From positions 24,758-88,757 of the forward strand of contig USJD01000001.1 in assembly GCA_900554835.1 (NCBI GenBank): a DNA stretch of 64,000 nt, read 5' to 3'. Of the stretch, positions 34,308-42,052 are shown piece after piece. Every line of letters begins with the position of its first letter. Within the stretch, counting starts at the first letter, position 1. Source of the stretch: an uncultured Prevotella sp. (GTDB lineage: Bacteria; Bacteroidota; Bacteroidia; Bacteroidales; Bacteroidaceae). The position numbers and the translations under genes are program-made. Below the pieces are notes generated by a model, which saw only the letters and a list, made by a program, of their open reading frames with translations, was not told the DNA's origin and made no database searches.

Positions 34308-34741
34308 TGCGGTCTCACCTCCGATGCTGGTTCCATTCTTGCAAGAAGATTAAGTACCTCTTCCTTTGACATCCAGAAATGTTCCTGCGAAATATAAATG
34401 CCATCTTCAACTACACAATTGAAGCGATCATCCCATTCAATAAAGTGTATATGCTGATTGAAAGCGTTCTCCTGAAAAAGATACTTAGTAAATTTATCTG
34501 TCACCTCATTTCTGGTGAGCCAACCATATTTCCTTGTTCCATTTTGGAGCTCGAAAGCCACAAACATTTCTTTTGCCTTGTCTTGCGGGACGTTACGAAA
34601 CTGTCGCCAAATAGTTCTTCCATCCTTTGTCTTTCTATTTGTGGGAACACTAAAGATGTGCTCCCTTATTCCTCCTAATTCTTCTGCTTCAATCCATGGA
34701 AAGTCTCTTAGATTCCCTTTGCTATCGTGATAAATGTCCAT
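34304..34741 (-). CDS. hypothetical protein (145 aa)
   Basis: ORF track. Confidence 0.55.
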   Translation of the reverse strand: MDIYHDSKGNLRDFPWIEAEELGGIREHIFSVPTNRKTKDGRTIWRQFRNVPQDKAKEMFVAFELQNGTRKYGWLTRNEVTDKFTKYLFQENAFNQHIHFIEWDDRFNCVVEDGIYISQEHFWMSKEEVLNLLARMEPASEVRPH

Positions 34742-34743
34742 AT

Positions 34744-34992
34744 TTACACGCTCCTCATTGATAATATTTGCATTGCCTCAGCTTCTTCTTTGGTACAATT
34801 ATAAAGCTGATTCATATATTCACAGGTCTCTTCTGCCATTTCCTTTGTCGGATATGACTGATAAGGATAATAACCAGTCTCTCCCTTAGCCAGTATTATT
34901 ACCTGCGTTTTATCACTGGGCAACAGAACTGCAGCACGTTCAGGCAGTTCATCAGGATGATTAAGGGCATACATAAGTTTCTCTTTATTCAT
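34744..34992 (-). CDS. hypothetical protein (82 aa)
   Basis: ORF track. Confidence 0.5.
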   Translation of the reverse strand: MNKEKLMYALNHPDELPERAAVLLPSDKTQVIILAKGETGYYPYQSYPTKEMAEETCEYMNQLYNCTKEEAEAMQILSMRSV

Positions 34993-35228
34993 TTTGATAC
35001 ACTCCTTTTATTAATTGCCTCAATGTAATCCATATATCGTTTTCCACCATAGCCAGATAATATACGTCGTTTATCATACGCCGCCGCTTCCTTAAACAAC
35101 TTCAAGTTTGATCCACATCCTTTGGCATATTTATCAATTCCGGCCCCGCCAATAGGCTCATCTTTGTAATAAAGCATATAACCTCTGGTATTACATTCAT
35201 AATGAATATCATTTGCATTAATATCCAT
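34989..35228 (-). CDS. hypothetical protein (79 aa)
   Basis: ORF track; 4-nt overlap. Confidence 0.5.
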   Translation of the reverse strand: MDINANDIHYECNTRGYMLYYKDEPIGGAGIDKYAKGCGSNLKLFKEAAAYDKRRILSGYGGKRYMDYIEAINKRSVSK

Positions 35229-35229
35229 T

Positions 35230-35640
35230 TTAGAACGTCCTCAACACGCCGCCACCAATGCTCTTCCATTGGATCTCGCCAAACTCACTACAATCAAGCA
35301 TATCGTAATTCACTACATAGACACAAGCATAGCCCTCATCAATGTCAGTATGATCCATGAACCATTCAGACTGATAGTCACTTACATAGAAGATGTTATC
35401 CATTTTCCCTATATTTGTGTAGCTACGCACGACAAGATACACAAGAGCATTGTACTTCTGCTCAAAGTCCTGCACCATTTTCTTCTCTTCATCGTTAAGC
35501 CAGAACAAACCTCCAAGCGGCGGTTCGCTTACCATGATTACATCTTCTTCGGCAAACTGCTTGATTGCATCCGAGATAATACCCATTGCCTTCATTCGCT
35601 TGATTGCTTCTGCCTTTTTGATTTCTCTTGATACGTTCAT
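35230..35640 (-). CDS. hypothetical protein (136 aa)
   Basis: ORF track. Confidence 0.55.
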   Translation of the reverse strand: MNVSREIKKAEAIKRMKAMGIISDAIKQFAEEDVIMVSEPPLGGLFWLNDEEKKMVQDFEQKYNALVYLVVRSYTNIGKMDNIFYVSDYQSEWFMDHTDIDEGYACVYVVNYDMLDCSEFGEIQWKSIGGGVLRTF

Positions 35641-35643
35641 AAT

Positions 35644-35997
35644 TTATTCCTCCTTAATTTCTTTTACATTGAAACCGTCATGACAATATTCATATTCGTC
35701 AGTAAGCCAATCTGCAATCTCGTCAAGTAAATCGTCATCATTGATGTCGTTATATCCAACAAAAATGTGTTCTACTTTCTTGGGAAGATTAACTTTTTCT
35801 CCGTCTGTGTCCCACTTAATGTCATAAATGAGAACCTTAATTTGGCTTTCCATATTCTCAAAACTTGCAACTTCTTCGTATGCCTTTTGAATTGGACACC
35901 ATTCACAAGTATCTCCAGTACAATGTCCAAGGTTTATTTCATTTCGGCAATACTTTCCAAACAAAGTCTTGAACGCTCTCATTTCATCATTAGTCAT
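35644..35997 (-). CDS. hypothetical protein (117 aa)
   Basis: ORF track. Confidence 0.55.
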   Translation of the reverse strand: MTNDEMRAFKTLFGKYCRNEINLGHCTGDTCEWCPIQKAYEEVASFENMESQIKVLIYDIKWDTDGEKVNLPKKVEHIFVGYNDINDDDLLDEIADWLTDEYEYCHDGFNVKEIKEE

Positions 35998-36069
35998 TTT
36001 ACTTTTCCTCCTTATTCGTGGTTAAATCCACATCTTGATGCATGATAAGCTCATGCACCAAATCTAGAT

Positions 36070-36270
36070 TTAAATGAAATCCCTTATTGACATCCCCGGA
36101 GCATCCCAAGGATTGCTTGGGGAATAGTCTCCATTTTCAGATGAGGGAATATATTCATCTTCGTCTTCATCTACGCCCAGACCACAACACACTCTGCAAT
36201 CTTCTGCATACATTGCATCGAAGGGGCACATTCCGTCATCTCCGTCACATGGAGTAATTCTTTTTCTCAT
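36070..36270 (-). CDS. hypothetical Cys-rich protein (start trimmed)
   Basis: ORF 36070..36285 trimmed to MRKRITPCDG after GAGGAG. Confidence 0.5.
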   Translation of the reverse strand: MRKRITPCDGDDGMCPFDAMYAEDCRVCCGLGVDEDEDEYIPSSENGDYSPSNPWDAPGMSIRDFI

Positions 36271-36271
36271 A

Positions 36272-36724
36272 TTACTTCTCCTCAACTTTCTTTTTCAGTT
36301 CCTCAAGTAACTCTTTCATATCCACTTCATTAAAATAAGATTTTGACTGCCATTCCTCTTTACATCCCTTACTCAGATTCTTATAGTAAACTTTTCTTGC
36401 CTGTTTAAGGATTTCTTTTACTTCCATCTCTGACCTATCCCTTGAATACCTGATATATCTGTGTTTGAGCCAGAGCGTTTCAAGCTTATACGCTTTAAGC
36501 ACTGCTTCATCATTAATGCAGACTTCGGTTATACAGACATTGAAATCTGAATATAATTCTCTTTTCGAAACCGTAAAGTCAACACCCTTAAAAGTGAATG
36601 TTAACGGCTGACTAAACTGATATAAATTTTCAATTATATTTTTTCGCGGGATTTCCTCAGAAAGCCAAACCAGAAATATGGAAAAAGCAACTATTGATAT
36701 ACTCCCGATGATTATAAAAAGCAT
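36272..36724 (-). CDS. hypothetical protein with N-terminal TM anchor (150 aa)
   Basis: ORF track; MLFIIIGSISIVAFSIFLVWL. Confidence 0.55.
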   Translation of the reverse strand: MLFIIIGSISIVAFSIFLVWLSEEIPRKNIIENLYQFSQPLTFTFKGVDFTVSKRELYSDFNVCITEVCINDEAVLKAYKLETLWLKHRYIRYSRDRSEMEVKEILKQARKVYYKNLSKGCKEEWQSKSYFNEVDMKELLEELKKKVEEK

Positions 36725-36736
36725 ATTTCTCCTTTC

Positions 36737-36765
36737 ATTATTTCACTTTAATTTTGTGTTGTCAA
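36737..36765 (-). promoter_or_regulatory. candidate promoter TTGACA-17-AATAAT with the 15-nt motif in the spacer
   Basis: -35 at 36760-36765, -10 at 36737-36742, motif ACAACACAAAATTAA at 36748-36762. Confidence 0.45.
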
Positions 36766-36867
36766 CTCCATATCTCTTTCAGCTTCGAAATATGTGTCAG
36801 CACTGCCGCAGAAATTTCCGTTATCATCAAGGATAACGTAGTGTCCATGATAAGGAATTATTTTCAT
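36748..36867 (-). CDS. small hypothetical protein (39 aa; not in ORF track)
   Basis: Own translation MKIIPYHGHYVILDDNGNFCGSADTYFEAERDMELTTQN; the motif supplies the last codons and the stop. Confidence 0.35.
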   Translation of the reverse strand: MKIIPYHGHYVILDDNGNFCGSADTYFEAERDMELTTQN

Positions 36868-36868
36868 T

Positions 36869-37063
36869 TTACAGCTCCCATGTACCAACCTGATTACCAT
36901 TGTAATCCATGCAAACTCCCTCAGTTCTACCTGCCTTGATATGATTGCAAATAGATGAGAAGATGTCTTTCAATTCTCTTGCTGTGGCATAATTGTCCAT
37001 GCTTTCATCATACCCATATGGGGCATGAAAAGCTGCGTTGCCAGTGTTAATTTCTATTTTCAT
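36869..37063 (-). CDS. hypothetical protein (64 aa)
   Basis: ORF track. Confidence 0.5.
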   Translation of the reverse strand: MKIEINTGNAAFHAPYGYDESMDNYATARELKDIFSSICNHIKAGRTEGVCMDYNGNQVGTWEL

Positions 37064-37259
37064 TATGTTTCCTCACTTTCACTTTAATAGGTTTGTTCTC
37101 AAGGATGTCGGCTACTTCATTGAAGAATTTCTGTTTTGCCAGATATATATCAGAGACACTACAAATTACTCCAGAAGATGGGCATTCCTCACAAGGACGG
37201 CAACACCCTTTCTCGTCGAAATACTGACGAATTATTGCCGCTCTTTCCTTATTCGTCAA
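37047..37259 (-). CDS. hypothetical protein (70 aa, TTG start)
   Basis: ORF track. Confidence 0.45.
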   Translation of the reverse strand: MTNKERAAIIRQYFDEKGCCRPCEECPSSGVICSVSDIYLAKQKFFNEVADILENKPIKVKVRKHNENRN

Positions 37260-37428
37260 TTTCCTTCACCTCCACAATTTGTATCATGTCCCCTATATTA
37301 GGGAAAAGCTGCTTTATTTTCTTGATTGCAAGGGTTTCTGCTTTGCGTTCTGTATTGGCTCGAACATAAATAGGTTCTATGTGATCGGCACTCCAGAAAC
37401 ATTTTACTTTAACAAGCCAGTTTTTCAT
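37249..37428 (-). CDS. small hypothetical protein (59 aa; not in ORF track)
   Basis: Own translation MKNWLVKVKCFWSADHIEPIYVRANTERKAE.. Confidence 0.4.
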   Translation of the reverse strand: MKNWLVKVKCFWSADHIEPIYVRANTERKAETLAIKKIKQLFPNIGDMIQIVEVKEIDE

Positions 37429-37436
37429 TTACCCTC

Positions 37437-37631
37437 TCACTTTCTATTGCGCTGTTTGCTTTTCTTTGCCTGCTTTCGCTTATTTCGCTTGAGCTGCTTG
37501 TGATTTTTCTTGGGCTTCTCTCTGTCGGAAGCTCGGACATGCCCATGTCCCTCACCTGTGATAAGGTTCGGTTTGGGAATGGGAGGGAACATAAGTGCGC
37601 CCAACTCCCATTCGTCATAATAATCGAACAT
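37437..37631 (-). CDS. hypothetical protein with very basic C-terminal tail (64 aa)
   Basis: ORF track; AAGGAG RBS; preferred over the overlapping frame 37409..37681. Confidence 0.45.
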   Translation of the reverse strand: MFDYYDEWELGALMFPPIPKPNLITGEGHGHVRASDREKPKKNHKQLKRNKRKQAKKSKQRNRK

Positions 37632-37638
37632 TTCTTAA

Positions 37639-37824
37639 CTATCTCCTTTGTGCCATAGGGCATCCAAAACATGTGACGCAATTCATCAAATCCCTAACGT
37701 GCATATTTCCAATGACTTCATCATTCGAAGCATCTTCATCACTTATCTGATGACCACATTCCTCCATGCTAGACTTTTCGCTTTCTTCATAGATTTTGCC
37801 AGAGAACAAACCAAGATATTTCAT
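37639..37824 (-). CDS. hypothetical protein (61 aa)
   Basis: ORF track. Confidence 0.45.
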   Translation of the reverse strand: MKYLGLFSGKIYEESEKSSMEECGHQISDEDASNDEVIGNMHVRDLMNCVTCFGCPMAQRR

Positions 37825-37829
37825 TTGCC

Positions 37830-38315
37830 TTACCCTATCACCTGCAGATTAGGCATGATTGCAAGGATGCTCTGAATCTGTGCATCTATCTTTTCTGCTC
37901 GTTCATTTGCCTGTTTTACATATTCTTGTTTTGCTTCTCTGTCTGCTTCAACGAGCTTCAGAACCTCATATACTATACGACTCATTTTTTCTCGACTAAT
38001 GCTTTCGTCTGCTGTTTTCTTGAGTTCTATAATATACTTAGAAATGTCATTTGCCTTGTAGCCCATTTCTGCAATGTAGCAGAACTTAAGACCATTCTTT
38101 TTTCTCCCTCGGCCAACACCACCACCAACAGTTTTATATTTCCCAGCAAGATGCCCTATAAGGGAATTATAATTAAGGTTGTAATAATTTGCTGCTTCCT
38201 TTGCAGACTTGAATACTTCGCCAGTGATAATGCACAGAACTGCTTTGCCTTTATGCACCTGCATATTGTCGGGCATGATGTCGAACTTCGCACGGTTAAC
38301 AATGACGTTTTTCAT
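37830..38315 (-). CDS. hypothetical DNA-binding protein with NUMOD1-like HTH
   Basis: 161 aa; FKSAKEAANYYNLNYNSLIGHLAGK resembles the NUMOD1 modules of homing-endonuclease DNA-binding regions; no nuclease motif seen. Confidence 0.4.
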   Translation of the reverse strand: MKNVIVNRAKFDIMPDNMQVHKGKAVLCIITGEVFKSAKEAANYYNLNYNSLIGHLAGKYKTVGGGVGRGRKKNGLKFCYIAEMGYKANDISKYIIELKKTADESISREKMSRIVYEVLKLVEADREAKQEYVKQANERAEKIDAQIQSILAIMPNLQVIG

Positions 38316-38454
38316 AGATTTAATTCCCTTTCTGCCTTATGGCTTTGATTCTTCTTCAATTTTTTGTTGTAGGATATCTAACGCAATTTCCATTGCTTCA
38401 CGATATTCATGGGGTAGCTGGGATAGTGCTTCGCAGAGTTTGAAATAGGCTTCT

Positions 38455-38652
38455 TTAGTTGTCGTTGAACATTACCTCGCTTTCATATACGAAACCTCGG
38501 TCTCCCGTTTCCGTATCATAGAGTTCGCAATTAAATCCCTTCATGCATTGTTCATGCACAAAATCCTGTACCTCATAGAAGTTATCTGTTTCCAGACTAT
38601 CCATGAGACCAGCAAAGTTTGTGCATAAATATGCACTCGCTTTATATCGCAT
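38455..38652 (-). CDS. hypothetical protein (65 aa)
   Basis: ORF track. Confidence 0.5.
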   Translation of the reverse strand: MRYKASAYLCTNFAGLMDSLETDNFYEVQDFVHEQCMKGFNCELYDTETGDRGFVYESEVMFNDN

Positions 38653-38824
38653 ATACTTTTCTCCCTTCCAGCACTCCTGCCATTTCTATTTTGTGATATT
38701 TGATGAGCAAATCCATTGCCTTGACACCTATCAGGTCAATGATAGCGTCAGCATAAACACCATTTCCTTTGGGATATCGGGCAATGAGCTTGGCATATGC
38801 CTCATTTGCTTTCTGTTCTTCCAT
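38642..38824 (-). CDS. hypothetical protein (60 aa)
   Basis: ORF track; AAAGGAGG RBS. Confidence 0.5.
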   Translation of the reverse strand: MEEQKANEAYAKLIARYPKGNGVYADAIIDLIGVKAMDLLIKYHKIEMAGVLEGRKVYAI

Positions 38825-38845
38825 TTATATTACCTCCTTTTTTAT

Positions 38846-38900
38846 TAAGCCCATAAGCAAACCCTCAAAGTTTCCCTTGAGGGCTTAATATAGGTTTAAC
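38846..38900 (-). repeat. intergenic element family copy A (stop-ACC .. hairpin .. TATGGGCTTA)
   Basis: - strand: TAAACC-N8-GCCCTCAA..TTGAGGGT-TTGCT-TATGGGCTTAAT; hairpin arms at 38862-38868 and 38877-38883. Confidence 0.5.
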
Positions 38901-39273
38901 TATAATATATGTCTGTGATATCCCTTCCGTTATGTGTGATATACAGGGGAATATCATAGCTGATATCGCTTGCAAAGATAATTACATTATCAATTCCTGC
39001 CTTGTCCAATGTTATGCTTAAGGTATCAACTGCATCGCACAGCTCAACAAATTCTGAACTTCCGTATCCCATTGTTGCACCGTCGAAAGTGAAAAGGACA
39101 TAATACATCCCTTCATCATAATCTGTTTCCAGCACTAAGTCACCAAGATTTTCATAAATAATCTGGTCTGCTATCTGGATTTTCTCTTCTGTGGTATAGG
39201 TTTCGCTTTCGCTTCCACAAGCACACATAAACAGGGCACACAGGGCGAGGATGATGCAAATGATTTTTTTCAT
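38896..39273 (-). CDS. lipoprotein (start trimmed)
   Basis: ORF 38896..39312 trimmed to MKKIICIILALCALFMCACGSE (signal peptide plus lipobox-like L-F-M-C). Confidence 0.6.
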   Translation of the reverse strand: MKKIICIILALCALFMCACGSESETYTTEEKIQIADQIIYENLGDLVLETDYDEGMYYVLFTFDGATMGYGSSEFVELCDAVDTLSITLDKAGIDNVIIFASDISYDIPLYITHNGRDITDIYYS

Positions 39274-39372
39274 AATTTCTTTTCCTTTCTTAATTTTAAT
39301 GGGCAATTTCAACTGTTACCACGAGTATGGCTCCAATAATCAACAATGCTATCATGATTATCATCTCCTTTC

Positions 39373-39549
39373 TTATCCACAATAGCAATAACCATTGTGG
39401 CAAATTCCCTCATTGTCAATCCATTTTATAATCTGATGCCCGTACTTGTTGCACCATTTCTGGAATCTTTCATTCGACATACAGGTTCTATGTGCAATTG
39501 CTCTTTCCTTATGACTTGTGATAATGACACGCCGCCATTGAATTTTCAT
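39373..39549 (-). CDS. small hypothetical Cys/His-rich protein (58 aa; not in ORF track)
   Basis: Own translation MKIQWRRVIITSHKERAIAHRTCMSNERFQKWCNKYGHQIIKWIDNEGICHNGYCYCG. Confidence 0.4.
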   Translation of the reverse strand: MKIQWRRVIITSHKERAIAHRTCMSNERFQKWCNKYGHQIIKWIDNEGICHNGYCYCG

Positions 39550-39579
39550 GATAATTTCCTTTCATAATTTAATTTAGGT

Positions 39580-39633
39580 AAAGCCCTTAATGAGACTTGC
39601 AAGAGAAATCTTGCAAGCCCGATAAAGGTTTTA
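39580..39633 (-). repeat. intergenic element family copy D (diverged)
   Basis: - strand: TAAAACC..CTTGCAAGA-TTTC-TCTTGCAAG..TTAAGGGCTTTA. Confidence 0.4.
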
Positions 39634-39798
39634 CTATACTCTTTCTGCTTTATAGACAGTTGTATAACAACAGTAATCTGAATTCTCTTCCGCAAAACGT
39701 TTTGCTGCTTCAAGAGTAGTGAAACTGCGAACTTCGCTTACAAAGTCAGTTTCTCCCTCTTGAGGTTCCCCTACACCATAAACAATGCAAAGATACAT
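39634..39798 (-). CDS. small hypothetical protein (54 aa; not in ORF track)
   Basis: Own translation MYLCIVYGVGEPQEGETDFVSEVRSFTTLEAAKRFAEENSDYCCYTTVYKAERV; AAGGAAA RBS. Confidence 0.4.
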   Translation of the reverse strand: MYLCIVYGVGEPQEGETDFVSEVRSFTTLEAAKRFAEENSDYCCYTTVYKAERV

Positions 39799-39812
39799 GA
39801 TGATTTCCTTTC

Positions 39813-40025
39813 TTAATCAATGTAATATTCGTCGGTCTGCCCGAACACTGTGAAGTAACCAATGTGGTTATTTGCCTTGTCTATTTCAATGATTCCCTTA
39901 GTGACTGTCATACGCCAGCCAATAAGGAAGCCAAGGATTAACGCTATGATTATGATTGAGATTTGCTTAATTTCTCTTACCTCTCTTTCCGTAGTCGTTG
40001 ACTTCACACCATGTGAGATAGTCAT
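39813..40025 (-). CDS. hypothetical TM protein (start very uncertain)
   Basis: ORF 39813..40130 overlaps 39967..40152 out of frame. Only the part from MTISHGV.. onward is plausible, and it has no good RBS. Confidence 0.3.
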   Translation of the reverse strand: MTISHGVKSTTTEREVREIKQISIIIIALILGFLIGWRMTVTKGIIEIDKANNHIGYFTVFGQTDEYYID

Positions 40026-40152
40026 CTTCCTGCGTTTCCCTTTTCCATGTTTGCCACTCATCACCAGTTCCCTTGAGAACTTCCTTGAGAACCTTAACAG
40101 CAACGCCAAAGCCGATGACGGCAAAGACAAACCATGATAATACGCTATCCAT
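39967..40152 (-). CDS. hypothetical protein with N-terminal TM segment (61 aa)
   Basis: ORF track; AAGAGG upstream. Confidence 0.45.
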   Translation of the reverse strand: MDSVLSWFVFAVIGFGVAVKVLKEVLKGTGDEWQTWKRETQEDDYLTWCEVNDYGKRGKRN

Positions 40153-40282
40153 TGATGATATACCTCTTTTCCTTTGGAATTTTACGGATTAAGCCAGCTT
40201 TTATGAGTAAAGAAATCCCTTCCTCGCCTATTGCCGACTTGACTACTCTTTCTGTTGCATGGTCTCCATATTTCTCTTTGAG

Positions 40283-40474
40283 CTATGCATGATAGGTTTC
40301 TGCTTCATGCTCAAATGCATACTCCATATAGGGTTTGCATATTCTATCGAGCACAAGCTCTGGATCTTTATCGGGATGAGCCGACATTTCCTTTTTGAAC
40401 TCATCCTTGATAGATGAATTCCAAGGAATACGCAAGTCATTAAAGACTTGCTTTTTATCCCTTATGAGAGGCAT
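40283..40474 (-). CDS. hypothetical protein (63 aa); its in-frame TAG is followed by 45 further open codons
   Basis: ORF track; AAAGGAG RBS; see the finding on 40145-40474. Confidence 0.5.
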   Translation of the reverse strand: MPLIRDKKQVFNDLRIPWNSSIKDEFKKEMSAHPDKDPELVLDRICKPYMEYAFEHEAETYHA

Positions 40475-40476
40475 TT

Positions 40477-40677
40477 TTACTCCTTTCCCGTTAATTTTGT
40501 GCTGTCAAAACACGCCATGACAAGGCTGTGAACATTTGCGATTGCACAAGTGTCACAGTCAAGACGCATTCCCTTGTTGCAACAACAGTCACAACTATAA
40601 GCAAATGCCTTTTGTGCTTCTGCCTTGCTATTTGCGGCATACTGTTTGTTGACACCGACCTGTTCAAATTTGTACAT
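40477..40677 (-). CDS. hypothetical Cys-rich protein (66 aa)
   Basis: ORF track; AAAGGGGA RBS; CDCCCN..CDTC. Confidence 0.5.
   Translation of the reverse strand: MYKFEQVGVNKQYAANSKAEAQKAFAYSCDCCCNKGMRLDCDTCAIANVHSLVMACFDSTKLTGKE
40491..40505 (-). promoter_or_regulatory. 15-nt motif ACAGCACAAAATTAA preceded by TTG (giving TTGACA)
   Basis: Lies in the 3' end of 40477..40677, 11 nt upstream of the AAAGGAG of the next gene; no -10 seen. Confidence 0.45.
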
Positions 40678-40703
40678 AATATTCCCCTTTCTATGAACTT
40701 AAA

Positions 40704-40754
40704 TAAGCCCATACAAAAGCCCTTGAAGTATTCAAGAGCTTTAATCTGGGTTTA
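40704..40754 (-). repeat. intergenic element family copy B
   Basis: - strand: TAAACC-N11-GCTCTTGAA-TAC-TTCAAGGGC-TTTTG-TATGGGCTTATT; TAA is the stop of 40752..40991. Confidence 0.5.
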
Positions 40755-40991
40755 TGATATTGTTAGATATTTCTCACATTTGATATAATTGCCATTAGCA
40801 ATATATCCTTGAATTTTCGTCCACCCATATTCAGTAGTACGGTCAGCAGGAAATACAATGCGTAAACACTCTACTGTGTACTCTATCCCATATTCATCTT
40901 TGACCTTGAGAATAGTTGCATGACGAGCATGACTCATATCGTCAATGTGAAATGAAACTACTCCTATCTCTGGTAATCGTATCTGATACAT
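40752..40991 (-). CDS. hypothetical protein (79 aa)
   Basis: ORF track; AGAGGTG RBS. Confidence 0.5.
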   Translation of the reverse strand: MYQIRLPEIGVVSFHIDDMSHARHATILKVKDEYGIEYTVECLRIVFPADRTTEYGWTKIQGYIANGNYIKCEKYLTIS

Positions 40992-41000
40992 TTTACACCT

Positions 41001-41261
41001 CTACCATATACGTACCCCTACATAGGCTTGAATAAGCATCGGGTCTGTCAGCAATAGATGACACATATTCAGTGCCACAGTTTTTGCAGGTGTTTCAGGT
41101 TCAAAGAATTGAGCGTTACGCACTGCATTGTTAATGCACTTGATTTTATCGTCAAGTGTAGGCTCACCATGGTTATACAAATGGTATGCACCCCCATAGA
41201 TTTCAATAGACCTTGAGCCATAGCAATTTGACTCAAGTCGCTTTAATATCATTTTTTGCAT
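41001..41261 (-). CDS. hypothetical protein (86 aa)
   Basis: ORF track. Confidence 0.5.
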   Translation of the reverse strand: MQKMILKRLESNCYGSRSIEIYGGAYHLYNHGEPTLDDKIKCINNAVRNAQFFEPETPAKTVALNMCHLLLTDPMLIQAYVGVRIW

Positions 41262-41287
41262 AATATGTCCTCGCTTCCTATGGACAA

Positions 41288-41341
41288 TAAGCCCATAATT
41301 ATACCCTTGAGATTAACTCAAGGGCATAGGTTATAGGTTTA
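41288..41341 (-). repeat. intergenic element family copy C
   Basis: - strand: TAAACC-N13-CCCTTGAG-TTAAT-CTCAAGGG-TATAAT-TATGGGCTTATT. Confidence 0.5.
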
Positions 41342-41344
41342 TCG

Positions 41345-41359
41345 TTAATTTTGTGCTGT
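41345..41359 (-). promoter_or_regulatory. 15-nt motif ACAGCACAAAATTAA
   Basis: 6 nt after the stop of 41366..42052, immediately upstream of element copy C. Confidence 0.5.
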
Positions 41360-41365
41360 CCTATT

Positions 41366-42052
41366 TTAGATAGTAGCAGCATCTTTAGCCTGCTGACGAG
41401 CCTTTTCCTCTTCACGCTTACGAAGCAAACGACCTTTACGCTCATCTGCAAGACGCTGTGCTTCTGCCTGAAGCTCTTCAATGGTCATCAGGTCACGCTC
41501 TGCAATGATATCAGCTATCGTATCTTCTATGGCTTTACGAGCATTAGCCGAAGCGTGCTTACGAGTGTTATCCAGCATGGGCTGAAGCTCAAACCAATAG
41601 TTACCAGACTCAAGATAGAGAGCCTCCAGAGCTTTAGTCTTTTCGTCAAAGACAGTCTTGAGAGCTGTTGCATTGTCGGCTTCACCGTTGGCAAGGGCAG
41701 CTTCATAGGCTTCCTTGGCTTCACGCTTGGCTTTAGTCGCACTCTTGAGCTTGTCGGAACGCTGAGCTTTACGGTTGATAACTGCAACCATAAGACGGTG
41801 CTGGTATTCAGGCGTAGGCTTGACATCTACCCCAAAGAGAGAAAACAGACCGGTTACAGAGAGTCCAAGGGCATTGATGTCAACACCCTTACCATGCAGA
41901 CGCTTCCAGCTCTCAAACACGATATTGTCGCAGAGCTTGATATACTGCTCCCATGTAGAACAACCAACTCCTCCCATGTCATCAGCATTGAGCTGAATTT
42001 TGCCAATGTAACGATTGTCAACAATCTTGCTACCCATGGTATTTGTATTCAT
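41366..42052 (-). CDS. hypothetical protein (228 aa), first gene of the leftward block
   Basis: ORF track; GAAGGAG RBS; Ala/Lys/Glu-rich helical C-terminal half; more G+C-rich than the rest of the window; the antisense ORF 41351..42082 was rejected. Confidence 0.65.
   Translation of the reverse strand: MNTNTMGSKIVDNRYIGKIQLNADDMGGVGCSTWEQYIKLCDNIVFESWKRLHGKGVDINALGLSVTGLFSLFGVDVKPTPEYQHRLMVAVINRKAQRSDKLKSATKAKREAKEAYEAALANGEADNATALKTVFDEKTKALEALYLESGNYWFELQPMLDNTRKHASANARKAIEDTIADIIAERDLMTIEELQAEAQRLADERKGRLLRKREEEKARQQAKDAATI

Noticed and set aside
40283-40285. Genome-wide reassignment of TAG as a sense codon
   Set aside because: All the long genes (943, 677, 531, 522 and 514 aa) are uninterrupted under the standard code, and TAG ends at least two other small ORFs cleanly (39634..39798, 46054..46227). 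The read-through candidate is treated as a local event.
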